From Candidatus Phycocordibacter aenigmaticus (GTDB lineage: Bacteria; Patescibacteriota; Minisyncoccia; Phycocordibacterales; Phycocordibacteraceae), in contig CP174359.1 in NCBI GenBank assembly GCA_045401115.1, positions 483,247 to 547,246 on the forward strand: DNA of 64,000 nucleotides, given 5' to 3'. Made by a program: the position numbers and the translations under genes. The notes under the pieces were generated by a model. The model was given only the letters and a program-made list of their open reading frames with translations, did no database searches and was not told where the DNA came from. Positions 29,093 through 39,477 of the stretch are shown here, in pieces; position 1 is the stretch's first letter; every line of letters begins with the position of its first letter.

Positions 29093-30373
29093 ATGACAAA
29101 CAAACGAAGTATCCAAGATATTATTCCACCCGCACGATCAAAACCGGTGCGTGCAAGCATAACAACTCATTCTAAAAAAGAATCCGAATCCGACAATACA
29201 GATATGAAAGATGTAAAACAACCACCAAAACTCAGAGCTAAAAATAAGCGACCTTCGTTCGGTATCTTCAGTGTGATTATTGTTATTTTATTGATAATTG
29301 GAATAGTTTTTGGTGTGGTAAGTACCGTTTTCCATCGGGCTAATGTCACAATCGCTCTTAAAACGTATTCAATTGCTGTTTCAGAGTCATTTACCGCAAC
29401 TCCTAATGACCTATTGTTCCCGTATACATCACGTACACTTTCTGAAGAGGGAGAAAAGATGGTGCCGCGTTCAGGGACTGAAGATGTTGAGAAACGAGCA
29501 ACAGGAACCATCACTATATTCAATAAATTTAGTTCCTCAAGCCAACGGTTAATTGCCAATACAAGGTTTGCTGCTCCAGATGGTCGCATCTACCGGATTC
29601 AAGATCCAGTAGTGGTTCCTGGATACACCACAAGTAATGGCGAGGTTACTCCCGGAACACTTGATGTTGTGGTGCGCGCTGAAGAGCCGGGAGAAGAATA
29701 CAATAAAAGTAATATAACGTTCACTATTCCTGGTCTTAAAGGTACTGACCAGTATGAAGATATGTATGCAGAAACCAAGACGGCACTCTCAGGAGGTTTT
29801 GTGGGTACCCAAGCAATTGTGTCACCTGAAGTACGAGATGCCGCAATCGCTGAACTCCGTTCTGAACTTGATCGGACACTCCGAGCTCGCTTTACTGAAG
29901 AGCTTGGTCCTGATGAATTGTTTTTCCCCGATACGATCGACGTTACTTTTATCGAACAACCAGATAGCACTGTGGACGACGGGGCGTTGGTGACATTACG
30001 CGCCGAAGCTACAGCGCCTATTTTCAATCAACACAACGTTGCGCAAGCTATTGCTGATACTGGAGGTGTGCGGTATGAAAACCCAATGCGGATAGAGAAT
30101 ATTAACGAATTAACTATCTTAGTAAAAGAAGAACCTGAAAGCGCAGCAATTGAACTCACTGTATCAGGAGACGTAGTTCTCGTTGGGGACTACAATAAAG
30201 AGCAATTATTGCAGGACCTTGCAGGGCAAGATCGTCGTAATATTGGCACAGTGCTCTCTGGCTATCCAGCTATTTCTGATATGACAATTTCAGTATATCC
30301 TTTCTGGCGTGGTATGCTGCCTCAGCAAGAGAAAAATCTAAAAATAGAGGTAGTCCCAGAAGAAGAACTGTAG
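29093..30373 (+). CDS. Membrane-anchored protein with baseplate-J-like domain
   Basis: Single TM, ATGTITIFN..TRF..VVVPG..AEEPGEEYN..LSGG. Confidence 0.65.
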   Translation: MTNKRSIQDIIPPARSKPVRASITTHSKKESESDNTDMKDVKQPPKLRAKNKRPSFGIFSVIIVILLIIGIVFGVVSTVFHRANVTIALKTYSIAVSESFTATPNDLLFPYTSRTLSEEGEKMVPRSGTEDVEKRATGTITIFNKFSSSSQRLIANTRFAAPDGRIYRIQDPVVVPGYTTSNGEVTPGTLDVVVRAEEPGEEYNKSNITFTIPGLKGTDQYEDMYAETKTALSGGFVGTQAIVSPEVRDAAIAELRSELDRTLRARFTEELGPDELFFPDTIDVTFIEQPDSTVDDGALVTLRAEATAPIFNQHNVAQAIADTGGVRYENPMRIENINELTILVKEEPESAAIELTVSGDVVLVGDYNKEQLLQDLAGQDRRNIGTVLSGYPAISDMTISVYPFWRGMLPQQEKNLKIEVVPEEEL

Positions 30374-30392
30374 CAATAGAGTAGAAAGTCGC

Positions 30393-30452
30393 TTATCCAC
30401 GGGCTCTCTATAAAATACGGACTTGACTCTTTAGTGCTTTTTTTGTTATTCT
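30393..30452 (+). promoter_or_regulatory. Promoter of infA-alpha operon with upstream DnaA-box-like site
   Basis: TTATCCACG 30393-30401; TTGACT 30423-30428; TGTTATTCT extended -10 ending 30452. Confidence 0.55.
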
Positions 30453-30482
30453 ATCGAAGCCGTATAGCAATCCAAATAAACG

Positions 30483-30698
30483 ATGTCAGAAACGCAAGGA
30501 AAAGATGAAACTATGGGAACTGTCATTGAGGCGCTCCCCAACACACTTTTCCGCGTGCAGCTTGAGGATGGTAAAGAATTGCTTGCGTATCTGGCAGGGA
30601 AAATGCGTCTTCACCGGATTAAAGTTTTGGTCGGAGATCGTGTGACCCTTATTGAGGATCCATACGGAGGACGAGCGCGTATTACGCGTCGTCATTAA
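30483..30698 (+). CDS. infA: Translation initiation factor IF-1
   Basis: GTVIEALPNTLFRV..AGKMRLHRIKVLVGDRV. Confidence 0.97.
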   Translation: MSETQGKDETMGTVIEALPNTLFRVQLEDGKELLAYLAGKMRLHRIKVLVGDRVTLIEDPYGGRARITRRH

Positions 30699-30704
30699 AA
30701 AAAT

Positions 30705-30821
30705 ATGAAAGTACAATCATCGGTAAAAAAACAGCAACCAGGCGATAAGTTAGTTCGTCGTAAGGGGCGTGTATACCGTATTAATAAATTAAATCCACGC
30801 CGAAAGGCGCGACAAGGCTAA
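30705..30821 (+). CDS. rpmJ: 50S ribosomal protein L36 (zinc-free type), not in ORF track
   Basis: [38 protein letters not shown] between infA and rpsM. Confidence 0.95.
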   Translation: MKVQSSVKKQQPGDKLVRRKGRVYRINKLNPRRKARQG

Positions 30822-31201
30822 TGCGTATTGCAGGTATTACCATTCCCGATGACAAGCATCTTTCCGTAGCACTTACGGCAGTGTACGGTATTGGTCAGAC
30901 ACGAGCGCGTAATGTACTCGGTGAAATTGGTATTGCTTTTGATAAAAAAGCAAAAGATCTCACTTCTGATGAAGAAAAAGAAATTCGTGATCGTATTGAA
31001 GCATTTACTATTGAAGGTGACCTCCGTAGAGATGTTGCCGGTAATATTAAACGTTTGAAAGATATTCAAGCATATCGCGGTACACGACATGCTCGATCAC
31101 TTCCGACACGCGGACAGCGGACGCAAACTAATTCTCGTACGGTGCGCGGTAATGTACGTAAAACAATGGCTTCAGGTCGACGTAAACTTGAAAAAACTTA
31201 A
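30821..31201 (+). CDS. rpsM: 30S ribosomal protein S13
   Basis: MRIAGI..YGIG..RGQRTQTNSRT. Confidence 0.98.
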   Translation: MRIAGITIPDDKHLSVALTAVYGIGQTRARNVLGEIGIAFDKKAKDLTSDEEKEIRDRIEAFTIEGDLRRDVAGNIKRLKDIQAYRGTRHARSLPTRGQRTQTNSRTVRGNVRKTMASGRRKLEKT

Positions 31202-31204
31202 TCT

Positions 31205-31639
31205 ATGGGTAAACGACGTGTATCAAAGATGTCAGGTGGAGGCGGCGATCGTGGACGACGCGAACGAGCACTTTCAAAACTTCCTAAAAAGAAGCTGGAC
31301 AAAGCAGTGGTGTATATTGATTCAACATTTAATAACACTCGTGTGTCACTGGCTGATCAAAAAGGCGGTATTGTCAGCTGGTCATCATCAGGTTCGATGG
31401 GTTTCTCAGGAACTCGTAAAGGGACACCATTTGCAGCTGCAAAAGTTGGTGAGTTGATTGGCGATAAGGCACTCACTATCGGTGTCAAAGAGGCAGAAGT
31501 ATTTGTTAAAGGCGTTGGTCCTGGTCGTGAATCAGCATTACGTTCATTTGCAGGAAAAGGCATACAAATTAATGCGATTCATGACCTTACTCCAGTGCCA
31601 CACAATGGTCCTCGTCCTCGTAAGCCACGCCGTGTATAA
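31205..31639 (+). CDS. rpsK: 30S ribosomal protein S11
   Basis: STFNNT, RKGTPFAA, TPVPHNG. Confidence 0.98.
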   Translation: MGKRRVSKMSGGGGDRGRRERALSKLPKKKLDKAVVYIDSTFNNTRVSLADQKGGIVSWSSSGSMGFSGTRKGTPFAAAKVGELIGDKALTIGVKEAEVFVKGVGPGRESALRSFAGKGIQINAIHDLTPVPHNGPRPRKPRRV

Positions 31640-31661
31640 CCTGTAATAACGATAAGTATAT

Positions 31662-32267
31662 ATGAAATTAGGACCACGATATAAAATCTGTAAACGACTC
31701 GGAGCAAGCATTTTTGAAAAGTGCCAGACTCAAGCGTATCAGGTCTCAGAAGCACGAAGCATGAAAACTCGCCGTCGTCGGCGACCAGCGAGTGAGTATA
31801 AGCGTCAGCTTATTGAGAAACAAAAATTGCGTCTTACGTACGGTCTTACTGAAAAGCAATTCCGTTCATATGTAGAAATTGCTCTTAAAAATCATATCAA
31901 CCCTCACGAGACACTTTTCCAAGCACTTGAACATCGACTTGATAGTGTCATATATCGTATGGGTCTTGCTGGTACACGCCGTATGGCACGTCAATTGGTA
32001 AGTCATGGCCACATTACTATCAATGGTAAAAAGACAACCATCCCTTCTTATCAAGTAACCCTCACTGACGCTATTGCTATCCGAGAGGGGAGTCGTACTA
32101 GTACATTATTCGCAAATCTTAATGAGACACTTGCTGAATATACTGCTCCGCAATGGGTGTTATTTGACCCGAGTACATTTGAAGGAAAAATGAAAGAAAA
32201 ACCAGTTTTTGCAAATCAAGATACTGGTGTTGACCTTCAAGCCGTGTTCGAATATTACACACGTTAA
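31662..32267 (+). CDS. rpsD: 30S ribosomal protein S4
   Basis: SEYKRQLIEKQK, LEHRLD, ARQLVSHGH. Confidence 0.98.
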   Translation: MKLGPRYKICKRLGASIFEKCQTQAYQVSEARSMKTRRRRRPASEYKRQLIEKQKLRLTYGLTEKQFRSYVEIALKNHINPHETLFQALEHRLDSVIYRMGLAGTRRMARQLVSHGHITINGKKTTIPSYQVTLTDAIAIREGSRTSTLFANLNETLAEYTAPQWVLFDPSTFEGKMKEKPVFANQDTGVDLQAVFEYYTR

Positions 32268-32297
32268 TAATTACTTAAGAATAAACAAGATTGAGTT

Positions 32298-32978
32298 ATG
32301 GACTATTCTATTCAACTACCATCAAAGCCACGTATTGTCTCTGAAAAAGATAATTCTGGTGTTTACGAAATTGACGGCCTTTATCCCGGATATGGGCATA
32401 CACTAGGGAATTCCCTTCGCCGGATTATCCTTTCATCTATTCCTGGAGGCGCTATAACAACAGTCAAGATTGACGGCGTTCCTCATGAATTTTCAACTAT
32501 CACTGGTGTTAAAGAAGATGTTATTGCGTTAATTCTTAACCTTAAAAAGGTGCGTGTTTCCATTTCAGATGGAGAAGAATATACAATTTCATTGTCATCA
32601 AAAGGAGTTACAACGGTCACAGCGGGCGATCTTGTGTGTCCCGGGCAGGTTGAAATTCTTAATCCTGAACAGCACATCGCGGAACTTACTGATAAAAGTG
32701 CACAACTGACTGCTGAACTCACTGTTCGCAGTGGACTTGGTTATGTACCTAAGGAAGTGATTCAGAAAGACCGAGTTGATGTTGGTGTCATTGCGCTTGA
32801 CTCAGTCTTTACGCCTATTCGTCGGGTTACCTACGAAGTAGAAAATATGCGTGTTGGTGATCGAACTGATTTTAATCGACTTCGTGTGTCAATTGAAACT
32901 GACGGTACTCTTTCTCCACGTGAAGCGCTTGAGCGTTCGATTACGATTATGATTCAACAACTCAAGACTGCTGAGTAA
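32298..32978 (+). CDS. rpoA: RNA polymerase subunit alpha, N-terminal domain only (226 aa)
   Basis: GYGHTLGNSLRRIILSS, HEFSTITGVKED, VENMRVGDRTDF; stop after the NTD. Confidence 0.95.
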   Translation: MDYSIQLPSKPRIVSEKDNSGVYEIDGLYPGYGHTLGNSLRRIILSSIPGGAITTVKIDGVPHEFSTITGVKEDVIALILNLKKVRVSISDGEEYTISLSSKGVTTVTAGDLVCPGQVEILNPEQHIAELTDKSAQLTAELTVRSGLGYVPKEVIQKDRVDVGVIALDSVFTPIRRVTYEVENMRVGDRTDFNRLRVSIETDGTLSPREALERSITIMIQQLKTAE

Positions 32979-32992
32979 ATTAAAAGTAAGGT

Positions 32993-33346
32993 ATGAAACA
33001 TCATAAAAGTAATCGTAGTTTTGGACGAAAACGTGATCAACGTATCGCGTTGGTGCGTTCGCTTGCCGAGAGTCTTATTTTGACTGAAAAGATGCTTACT
33101 ACTGAAGCACGAGCAAAAGAGGTGCGTCCATTCGTTGAAAAACTTATTACTAACGGTAAGAAAGAGACACTTGCAGCGCGTCGAGATATTCTTTCAAAAC
33201 TTGGTGGTCGTGAACGTGCGGCAAAAAAGGTTGTTGATGAACTCAGCCCACGTTTTAAAGAACGCGCAGGTGGATACACTCGTATTACAAAAGTTCATAC
33301 TAAAAGCTCTGACGGACGTTCGAGTGCTGTAATTGAGTTCGTATAA
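32993..33346 (+). CDS. rplQ: 50S ribosomal protein L17
   Basis: TTEARAKE..EKLIT, RAGGYTRI. Confidence 0.98.
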   Translation: MKHHKSNRSFGRKRDQRIALVRSLAESLILTEKMLTTEARAKEVRPFVEKLITNGKKETLAARRDILSKLGGRERAAKKVVDELSPRFKERAGGYTRITKVHTKSSDGRSSAVIEFV

Positions 33347-33365
33347 ACTTTACACACAGAAATTT

Positions 33366-33737
33366 ATGACTATGGATACAGAAAAAACACCACAAACACA
33401 TACGATTGACGCGGCTGGTAAAAAACTGGGGCGAGTCGCAAGTGAAGCAGCAAGCGTTCTTATGGAGAAGAATGTACCAAGCTTTGAAAAACACCGTAAA
33501 CTTGGTAATCGTGTTACTGTCTTAAATGCAGCACAACTCGATATCTCAACCAAACGAGCAAGCGAGGTGCGTTACAAGCGTGTATCAGGATATCCTGGTA
33601 ACCGTGTTGATGAAACTATTGACGATGTGCGCACTAAGCATGGTATTGGTGAAGTAGTGCGTCGCGCAGTAAAAGGTATGATTCCTCGCAATAAGCTTCG
33701 TCCTGATATGCTTAAACGTTTAGAAGTAACTGAATAA
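33366..33737 (+). CDS. rplM: 50S ribosomal protein L13
   Basis: IDAAGKKLGRVAS, SGYPG, AVKGMIPRN. Confidence 0.95.
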   Translation: MTMDTEKTPQTHTIDAAGKKLGRVASEAASVLMEKNVPSFEKHRKLGNRVTVLNAAQLDISTKRASEVRYKRVSGYPGNRVDETIDDVRTKHGIGEVVRRAVKGMIPRNKLRPDMLKRLEVTE

Positions 33738-33748
33738 TTTAATAATCT

Positions 33749-34144
33749 ATGGCTACCACAGCAGAATATACAGAAGGTACTGGACGTCGGAAAACTGCAG
33801 CAGCACGTGTGCGTATTACTCCTGCATCAAAACGTTCAGTTGTAATAAATAATATTCCTCTTGAAGAATATTTTGATACTGAAGAACTCCGCACAACTGC
33901 TACGTCACCACTTGAAGAGGGTGAAGAGCTCTATACTGTTACTGCGGTAGTAAAAGGGGGTGGCGTTTCGGCACAAGCCGAAGCAGTACGACACGGTATT
34001 GCTCGTGCTATGACTGAACGCGATGCTGAACTACGTGGTGCACTGAAGAAGAAAGGCTTTCTAAAACGTGATCCTCGCGTTAAGGAACGTAAGAAGCCAG
34101 GTCTGAAGAAAGCGCGTAAGGCTGCACAGTGGTCAAAACGATAG
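33749..34144 (+). CDS. rpsI: 30S ribosomal protein S9
   Basis: [29 protein letters not shown]. Confidence 0.98.
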   Translation: MATTAEYTEGTGRRKTAAARVRITPASKRSVVINNIPLEEYFDTEELRTTATSPLEEGEELYTVTAVVKGGGVSAQAEAVRHGIARAMTERDAELRGALKKKGFLKRDPRVKERKKPGLKKARKAAQWSKR

Positions 34145-34169
34145 AGCGTCTTTCTATTTGTATTACTGT

Positions 34170-34198
34170 AAAACAACCCACATGTGTGGGTTGTTTTT
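34170..34198 (+). terminator. Intrinsic terminator after rpsI
   Basis: AAAACAACCCAC-ATGT-GTGGGTTGTTTTT. Confidence 0.85.
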
Positions 34199-34223
34199 AT
34201 ATAAAAGGATCCTTTTAATGTGT

Positions 34224-34448
34224 TTACGTCACACTGACTTGTTCTCTTTTTGCCTGATGAATTCTTTTTGCGCCATTTTCGACTGCCTTGCCGCCTTGCC
34301 ACAATGCAAGCAATACCAACGCTCCAAACCCTGCTAATCCAGCTATTTGTACGATATCTTCAGCACGTTCAGCATAGAAGTCTGCACTCAAAGCAAAACT
34401 ATCTCCAAATGTTTCTTGCATACGCATGTAATGATGTTTAAGTACCAA
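34224..34448 (-). CDS. Possible small membrane protein; start uncertain
   Basis: Hydrophobic segment IVQIAGLAGFGALVLLALW; fills the gap between terminator and grpE promoter. Confidence 0.35.
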   Translation of the reverse strand: MVLKHHYMRMQETFGDSFALSADFYAERAEDIVQIAGLAGFGALVLLALWQGGKAVENGAKRIHQAKREQVSVT

Positions 34449-34560
34449 TAAGGTTACTGATAAAAGTCGACCTTTAGACTAGAAGAACCCTCCAAATCTG
34501 TATAAGGTTACTTTTTATTTATTCTTAATAATTTTTTAATAAAAATATGATGTATAGTAC

Positions 34561-34599
34561 TGTGGATAACTTGACTTTGTCCTTGTTGTGCCTCAAAAT
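34561..34599 (+). promoter_or_regulatory. grpE-dnaK-dnaJ promoter with DnaA box abutting the -35
   Basis: TGTGGATAA 34561-34569, TTGACT 34571-34576, 17 nt, CAAAAT 34594-34599. Confidence 0.55.
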
Positions 34600-34608
34600 G
34601 GTGAACAC

Positions 34609-35148
34609 ATGAATGATCGAGAAGATAGGCAAAGCGATAACTCTACACCCAGTGACGAGCGTGATGCACTAGATTCAACTGTCGAAGATCTACAGAAAGA
34701 AGTGACACGTATTCGTGCTGAGCGTGATGAATATCTTGCTGGTTGGCAACGCTCAAAAGCTGATTATGTAAATCTTTCTCGGCGTTCTCGGGAAAAAGAG
34801 GCAGCACAGGCTCATGGCGGTGTTGCAAAAATGGCGCGGAGCATTATTTCAGTTTTTGATTCACTTGAAGCAGCGCGATCAGCAGCTGAAGAAACAGGAG
34901 GGACCGTTTTAAGTGGTATCGAGCAGGTGATTAAACAGTTGGAAGCGGCGCTTAAAGAACATCATGTTGAGCGCTTCACTCCTCAGCCAGGAGATGAGTT
35001 TAATCCTGCCTTACATGAGCCGGTGCAAACAGTTGCAACAGACGACGAAAACTTAGATAATACAATCGCCGAAACACTGCAAAGTGGGTACACGGCCGGC
35101 GATACTGTCGTCCGTCCGGCACGTGTATTGATCAGTAAACGTGGTTAA
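34609..35148 (+). CDS. grpE: Nucleotide exchange factor GrpE
   Basis: WQRSKADYVN, FNPALHE, QSGY..VRPARV. Confidence 0.95.
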   Translation: MNDREDRQSDNSTPSDERDALDSTVEDLQKEVTRIRAERDEYLAGWQRSKADYVNLSRRSREKEAAQAHGGVAKMARSIISVFDSLEAARSAAEETGGTVLSGIEQVIKQLEAALKEHHVERFTPQPGDEFNPALHEPVQTVATDDENLDNTIAETLQSGYTAGDTVVRPARVLISKRG

Positions 35149-35178
35149 TAGATTACTCAATTAATTACATAAAATACT

Positions 35179-37098
35179 ATGGGAAAGATTCTTGGAATTG
35201 ATTTAGGAACAACAAACTCAGCAATGGCGATCATTGAGGGAGGTGAACCGACGGTTATTGAAAATGCCGAAGGAAACCGAACAACACCTTCGGTAGTTGC
35301 TATTTCAAAAGCAAATGAACGTCTCGTAGGTCTTGTTGCGCGTCGACAGGCGGTCACTAATCCGCAAAATACTATTTACGGCATTAAACGTTTTATGGGG
35401 CATAAATTTTCTGATAACGCTGTTCAGAAAGATAAAGATGTGATGCCGTATGAAATCAAAGCGTCTTCTGATGAAGGGGTACTTGTTACGTTGGGTGATA
35501 AAGACTATCGTCCTGAAGAAGTTTCAGCAATGATTTTACAAAAGATGAAGGCTGATGCTGAGGCAAAGATTGGCGAACCTATTACAGAGGCAATTATCAC
35601 TGTTCCAGCATATTTTGATGACTCGCAACGTAAAGCAACTAAGGATGCAGGTAAAATCGCTGGTCTTGAGGTAAAACGTATTATTAATGAACCCACTGCA
35701 GCAGCGCTTGCGTATGGCTTTAATAAGCGTAAGAACGAACAGATTGTGGTATACGACTTCGGTGGCGGTACTTTTGACATCTCGGTACTTGAGGTCGGTG
35801 ATGATGTGATTGAAGTGAAAGCAACCGGCGGTGACTCTCATATGGGTGGTCGTGATATTGACCAGAAAATTATTCAGTATATTACTCAGGAATTTAAAAA
35901 ACAAAGCGGAATTGATGTTTCAAAGGATCCGCTTGCAATCCAGCGCCTAGACGAGGCAGCAGAAAAGGCAAAACTTGAACTCTCAACAACACAGGAAACG
36001 GAAATTAATATTCCATTTATTGCTTCAAATGATGCCGGTCCTCAACACCTTCTTATGAAACTGACTCGATCTAAACTTGAGGAGTTGGCACAGGAGTATA
36101 TTGACCGTTCAATTGAGCTTACTAAGCAAGTACTTGAACAGGCAGCATTCAAACCTGAAGATATTGAAGAGATAGTATTAGTTGGCGGACAGACACGTAT
36201 GCCGTTAGTACAAAATGCGGTAAAAAGTCTTTTCAATAAAGAACCAAACCGCACTATTAACCCTGATGAAGTGGTGGCACTAGGTGCCGCAATTCAGGCA
36301 GGTATTATGCAGGGCGATGTAAAAGATGTGCTCCTTCTTGATGTGATTCCACTTTCGCTTGGTATTGAAACCATGGGAGGTGTAGCTACTAAACTTATTG
36401 AGCGCAATACTACCATCCCTGCTTCAAAAGAACAGGTATTCTCAACAGCGGCTGATAATCAGACACAAGTAGAAATTCATATTACACAGGGTGAACGAGC
36501 AATGGCAGCTGATAATAAATCTCTTGGGAAATTCGTACTTGATGGTATTGCACCAGCGCCACGTGGCGTACCGCAGGTTGAAGTGTCTTTTGATGTTGAT
36601 GCAAACGGCATTCTCAATGTAACCGCCAAAGATAAAGCAACTGGAAAGTCACAATCTATTAAAATAGAAGCATCAAGTGGTCTTACTGATGAAGATATTG
36701 AAAAAATGAAACAAGATGCGGAGGCGCATGCTGACTCTGATAAAAAAGCAAAAGAGTTAGTCGAAGCGCGTAATGTTGCCGAACAGATGATACACACGGC
36801 TGAAAAAGCATTACAAGAACATAAAGACGCGGTACCTGAAGAAGTACGCACCGCAGTGAATGCCGCTATTGAGAAAGTAAAACAGGCCCGTGACGGCTCT
36901 GATAAAGAAGCGCTTGATGGTGCTACACAGGAACTCTCGGCTGAAATGCAAAAGATTGGCGAACATGTAGCTAAAACTGGCGAAACAAAAGGAAATGCAG
37001 AAGCGAACGACGCTGCACAAGAAGGAGGAGAGAACGTAACCGATGTTGAATCAAAGGATGCGGAAGACTCATCAGAAGGTAACGAGGAAGCTAAGTAG
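35179..37098 (+). CDS. dnaK: Chaperone DnaK
   Basis: [23 protein letters not shown]. Confidence 0.99.
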   Translation: MGKILGIDLGTTNSAMAIIEGGEPTVIENAEGNRTTPSVVAISKANERLVGLVARRQAVTNPQNTIYGIKRFMGHKFSDNAVQKDKDVMPYEIKASSDEGVLVTLGDKDYRPEEVSAMILQKMKADAEAKIGEPITEAIITVPAYFDDSQRKATKDAGKIAGLEVKRIINEPTAAALAYGFNKRKNEQIVVYDFGGGTFDISVLEVGDDVIEVKATGGDSHMGGRDIDQKIIQYITQEFKKQSGIDVSKDPLAIQRLDEAAEKAKLELSTTQETEINIPFIASNDAGPQHLLMKLTRSKLEELAQEYIDRSIELTKQVLEQAAFKPEDIEEIVLVGGQTRMPLVQNAVKSLFNKEPNRTINPDEVVALGAAIQAGIMQGDVKDVLLLDVIPLSLGIETMGGVATKLIERNTTIPASKEQVFSTAADNQTQVEIHITQGERAMAADNKSLGKFVLDGIAPAPRGVPQVEVSFDVDANGILNVTAKDKATGKSQSIKIEASSGLTDEDIEKMKQDAEAHADSDKKAKELVEARNVAEQMIHTAEKALQEHKDAVPEEVRTAVNAAIEKVKQARDGSDKEALDGATQELSAEMQKIGEHVAKTGETKGNAEANDAAQEGGENVTDVESKDAEDSSEGNEEAK

Positions 37099-37119
37099 TG
37101 CGCGCAACTCACTGACACT

Positions 37120-38190
37120 ATGAGTAAAGACTACTACGGCATACTAGGGGTGGAGAAAAAAGCCTCAAAAGATGAGATCAAGAAAGCCTTTCGCAAACTT
37201 GCCCATAAGTACCATCCGGACAAAAAAGGCGGAGATGAGGTAAAGTTTAAAGAAGCAAGTGAGGCGTACGCAGTTCTCTCTGATGATAAAAAACGTGCTG
37301 AATACGATGCCTATGGTCGTGTATTCTCAGGTGCAGGCGCTGGTGGAGGTAATCAAGGCGGTTTTGAGGGGTTTGATTTCTCTCAGTTTACCGGTGCTGA
37401 AGGGTTCGATATTAATATGGAAGACATCTTCGGTGGTTTCGGTGACATGTTTGGTGGTGCGCGCCAAGCACGTGGTCGGGATATTTCCATTGATATCGAG
37501 CTGTCCTTTAAGGAGGCTGTATTTGGTATCACCCGAAAGGTATTGGTGAATAAAAACACCACATGTTCACGGTGTGACGGTAGTGGCGCTGAACCAAATA
37601 CTGATACAAAAACATGTGATACATGTACCGGAAAAGGACGTGTTATTGAACAACGTCGCTCTCCGTTTGGTGTATTCCAAACCGCGTCAGTGTGTAGTAC
37701 GTGTCGCGGTAAAGGAACGATTCCACAAAAACCATGTAAAACATGTACTGGCGAAGGAGTTGAATATAAACAGGTTGAACTTTCGGTTCAAATTCCTGCA
37801 GGTATTGAAAACGGTCAAATGATCCGCATGACAGGTGCCGGGGAAGCTATTGCCAGTGGTGCAGCAGGGGATTTATATATTAAAGTACACGTCACACCGC
37901 ATGAACGCTTTAAAAAAGAAGGTTATAACCTCATCACCGAACTACCTATAAAAATTACTGATGCACTTCTTGGGAGTGAATACACATTTGAAACACTTGA
38001 TGGCAAAGTAACAGTTAAAGTGCCTCCACTTAAATCAACTGATGAAATTTTACGTGTAAAAGGAAAGGGGGTGCCAATGGGCTCCGGTAAGCGTGGCGAT
38101 CTTTTGATTCGCATTAAACTTGAATTTCCACAAAAGCTTTCTTCTTCCACAAAAAAATTACTCGAACAACTTAAACAAGAAGGAATATAG
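37120..38190 (+). CDS. dnaJ: Chaperone DnaJ
   Basis: HPD J domain, G/F region, four CxxCxGxG repeats. Confidence 0.98.
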   Translation: MSKDYYGILGVEKKASKDEIKKAFRKLAHKYHPDKKGGDEVKFKEASEAYAVLSDDKKRAEYDAYGRVFSGAGAGGGNQGGFEGFDFSQFTGAEGFDINMEDIFGGFGDMFGGARQARGRDISIDIELSFKEAVFGITRKVLVNKNTTCSRCDGSGAEPNTDTKTCDTCTGKGRVIEQRRSPFGVFQTASVCSTCRGKGTIPQKPCKTCTGEGVEYKQVELSVQIPAGIENGQMIRMTGAGEAIASGAAGDLYIKVHVTPHERFKKEGYNLITELPIKITDALLGSEYTFETLDGKVTVKVPPLKSTDEILRVKGKGVPMGSGKRGDLLIRIKLEFPQKLSSSTKKLLEQLKQEGI

Positions 38191-38196
38191 TATGCT

Positions 38197-38220
38197 AAAA
38201 GAGGTGTAAAAACCTCTTTT
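38197..38220 (+). terminator. Terminator-like hairpin after dnaJ
   Basis: AAAAGAGGT-GTAAA-ACCTCTTTT. Confidence 0.65.
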
Positions 38221-38273
38221 ATTTTAGGCATATAGAATTAACTATTCGTGTTACGATTTAATAAACCACTTAT

Positions 38274-38771
38274 ATGGACACTTCTGATTTAGGGGGAACA
38301 CTCCAATATCTACTCGATCTTATTGTTGATTTTTCATCCGACTTCTTTGCTTTTATTGTCGTAGCCGCTGCTATTGCCGCTTTCGCTTTTTATTTTGGAC
38401 GTAATCGCATTGTTCCCCTTACTGCAGCACTTTACGCAGCAATTCCACTTTATATGCAATTCCCTTATATGGAATATATAACTACTCCGTTACTGCATAT
38501 AGCTTTATATCTCGGCATCACGGCGCTTGCACTCGTTGCGTTTTCTAATCTGGCATCCTTTGTAGCAGAAGGAAGTATCGGCTTTATTAAACTTGTGACA
38601 CTCTCAGCATCAGTTGCAGGTCTTTTATTAGCAGTCTCGATCCATGTGCTACCTGTTGAAGATATCTATACGTTTAGTGCGGCGACACGAGCACTCTTTG
38701 CGCCTGGTGAAGCATTTTTCTTATGGCTCGTGTTACCGCTGGCTGGTATTTTTGTGCTTGGAAGGGGATAA
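38274..38771 (+). CDS. Hypothetical integral membrane protein
   Basis: About five hydrophobic segments. Confidence 0.75.
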   Translation: MDTSDLGGTLQYLLDLIVDFSSDFFAFIVVAAAIAAFAFYFGRNRIVPLTAALYAAIPLYMQFPYMEYITTPLLHIALYLGITALALVAFSNLASFVAEGSIGFIKLVTLSASVAGLLLAVSIHVLPVEDIYTFSAATRALFAPGEAFFLWLVLPLAGIFVLGRG

Positions 38772-38778
38772 AGATTGT

Positions 38779-39477
38779 ATGCAGAAAAAGCGTTATAGAA
38801 TTCTTCCATTTATTATTCAAAGTACACTCTGGTGGGTTATTATGCGTCCCTTAACTCGTATATTTGCTCATTTAGAAATTGAAGGAGAATCGCATATTTC
38901 AGATATTCAGGGTCCGGTAATTTTTGCACCAAATCACTCCAGTGCTTTTGACCCAGTCCTGTTACCATTAACGCTCCCTTTTTGGGGTCAATTTTCTCCT
39001 ATTTTTTTTGTAAGCAAGCAAGGAAAATATTATAGTTCATGGAAAAAATTTGTATTTAATTTTTTCAATCTAGCATATATTGGCGCCATTCCTCTAGACG
39101 CAGAAAAAAAAGATTACGCTACTGCACTCAAAAGACATGTTGAGGTTCTTAAAGATGGGAATTCTGTGTGTATCTTTCCTGAAGGGAGACTTACAAAAGA
39201 TGGTTTAATTAGACCAGGGCACGGCGGGGTAAGTTATTTAGCAAACACAACCGGCCGCCCCGTCGTCCCTGTCCTTATTGATGGGACATTTAAAATTTCT
39301 CCATTAAAATTCTTTCTTCGGAGGCAAAAAATTCGTGTGACCTTTTTCCCGCCAGTATATTTTGAGCCTATTGAATACGCAAAAGATATTGAAGTTGCCA
39401 CTGCCTATCGTAAGAATGCGGAAAAAATCTTAAATGTCCTAAGGGAAAAAAAGGGAGAAGATATTATTGAAGTATGA
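38779..39477 (+). CDS. plsC: Lysophospholipid acyltransferase family (PlsC-like)
   Basis: NHSSAFD (HxxxxD), IFPEG, PVVPV. Confidence 0.88.
   Translation: MQKKRYRILPFIIQSTLWWVIMRPLTRIFAHLEIEGESHISDIQGPVIFAPNHSSAFDPVLLPLTLPFWGQFSPIFFVSKQGKYYSSWKKFVFNFFNLAYIGAIPLDAEKKDYATALKRHVEVLKDGNSVCIFPEGRLTKDGLIRPGHGGVSYLANTTGRPVVPVLIDGTFKISPLKFFLRRQKIRVTFFPPVYFEPIEYAKDIEVATAYRKNAEKILNVLREKKGEDIIEV

Noticed and set aside
29093-30373. Prophage or tailocin
   Set aside because: No other phage structural genes; protein is TM-anchored among core genes.
34200-34608. hrcA or CIRCE upstream of grpE
   Set aside because: No TTAGCACTC-N9-GAGTGCTAA seen and the small ORF does not resemble HrcA.
6395-37118. Long antisense ORFs such as 6395-6973, 7223-7834 and 36477-37118
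   Set aside because: Shadow frames of well-supported genes on the opposite strand.
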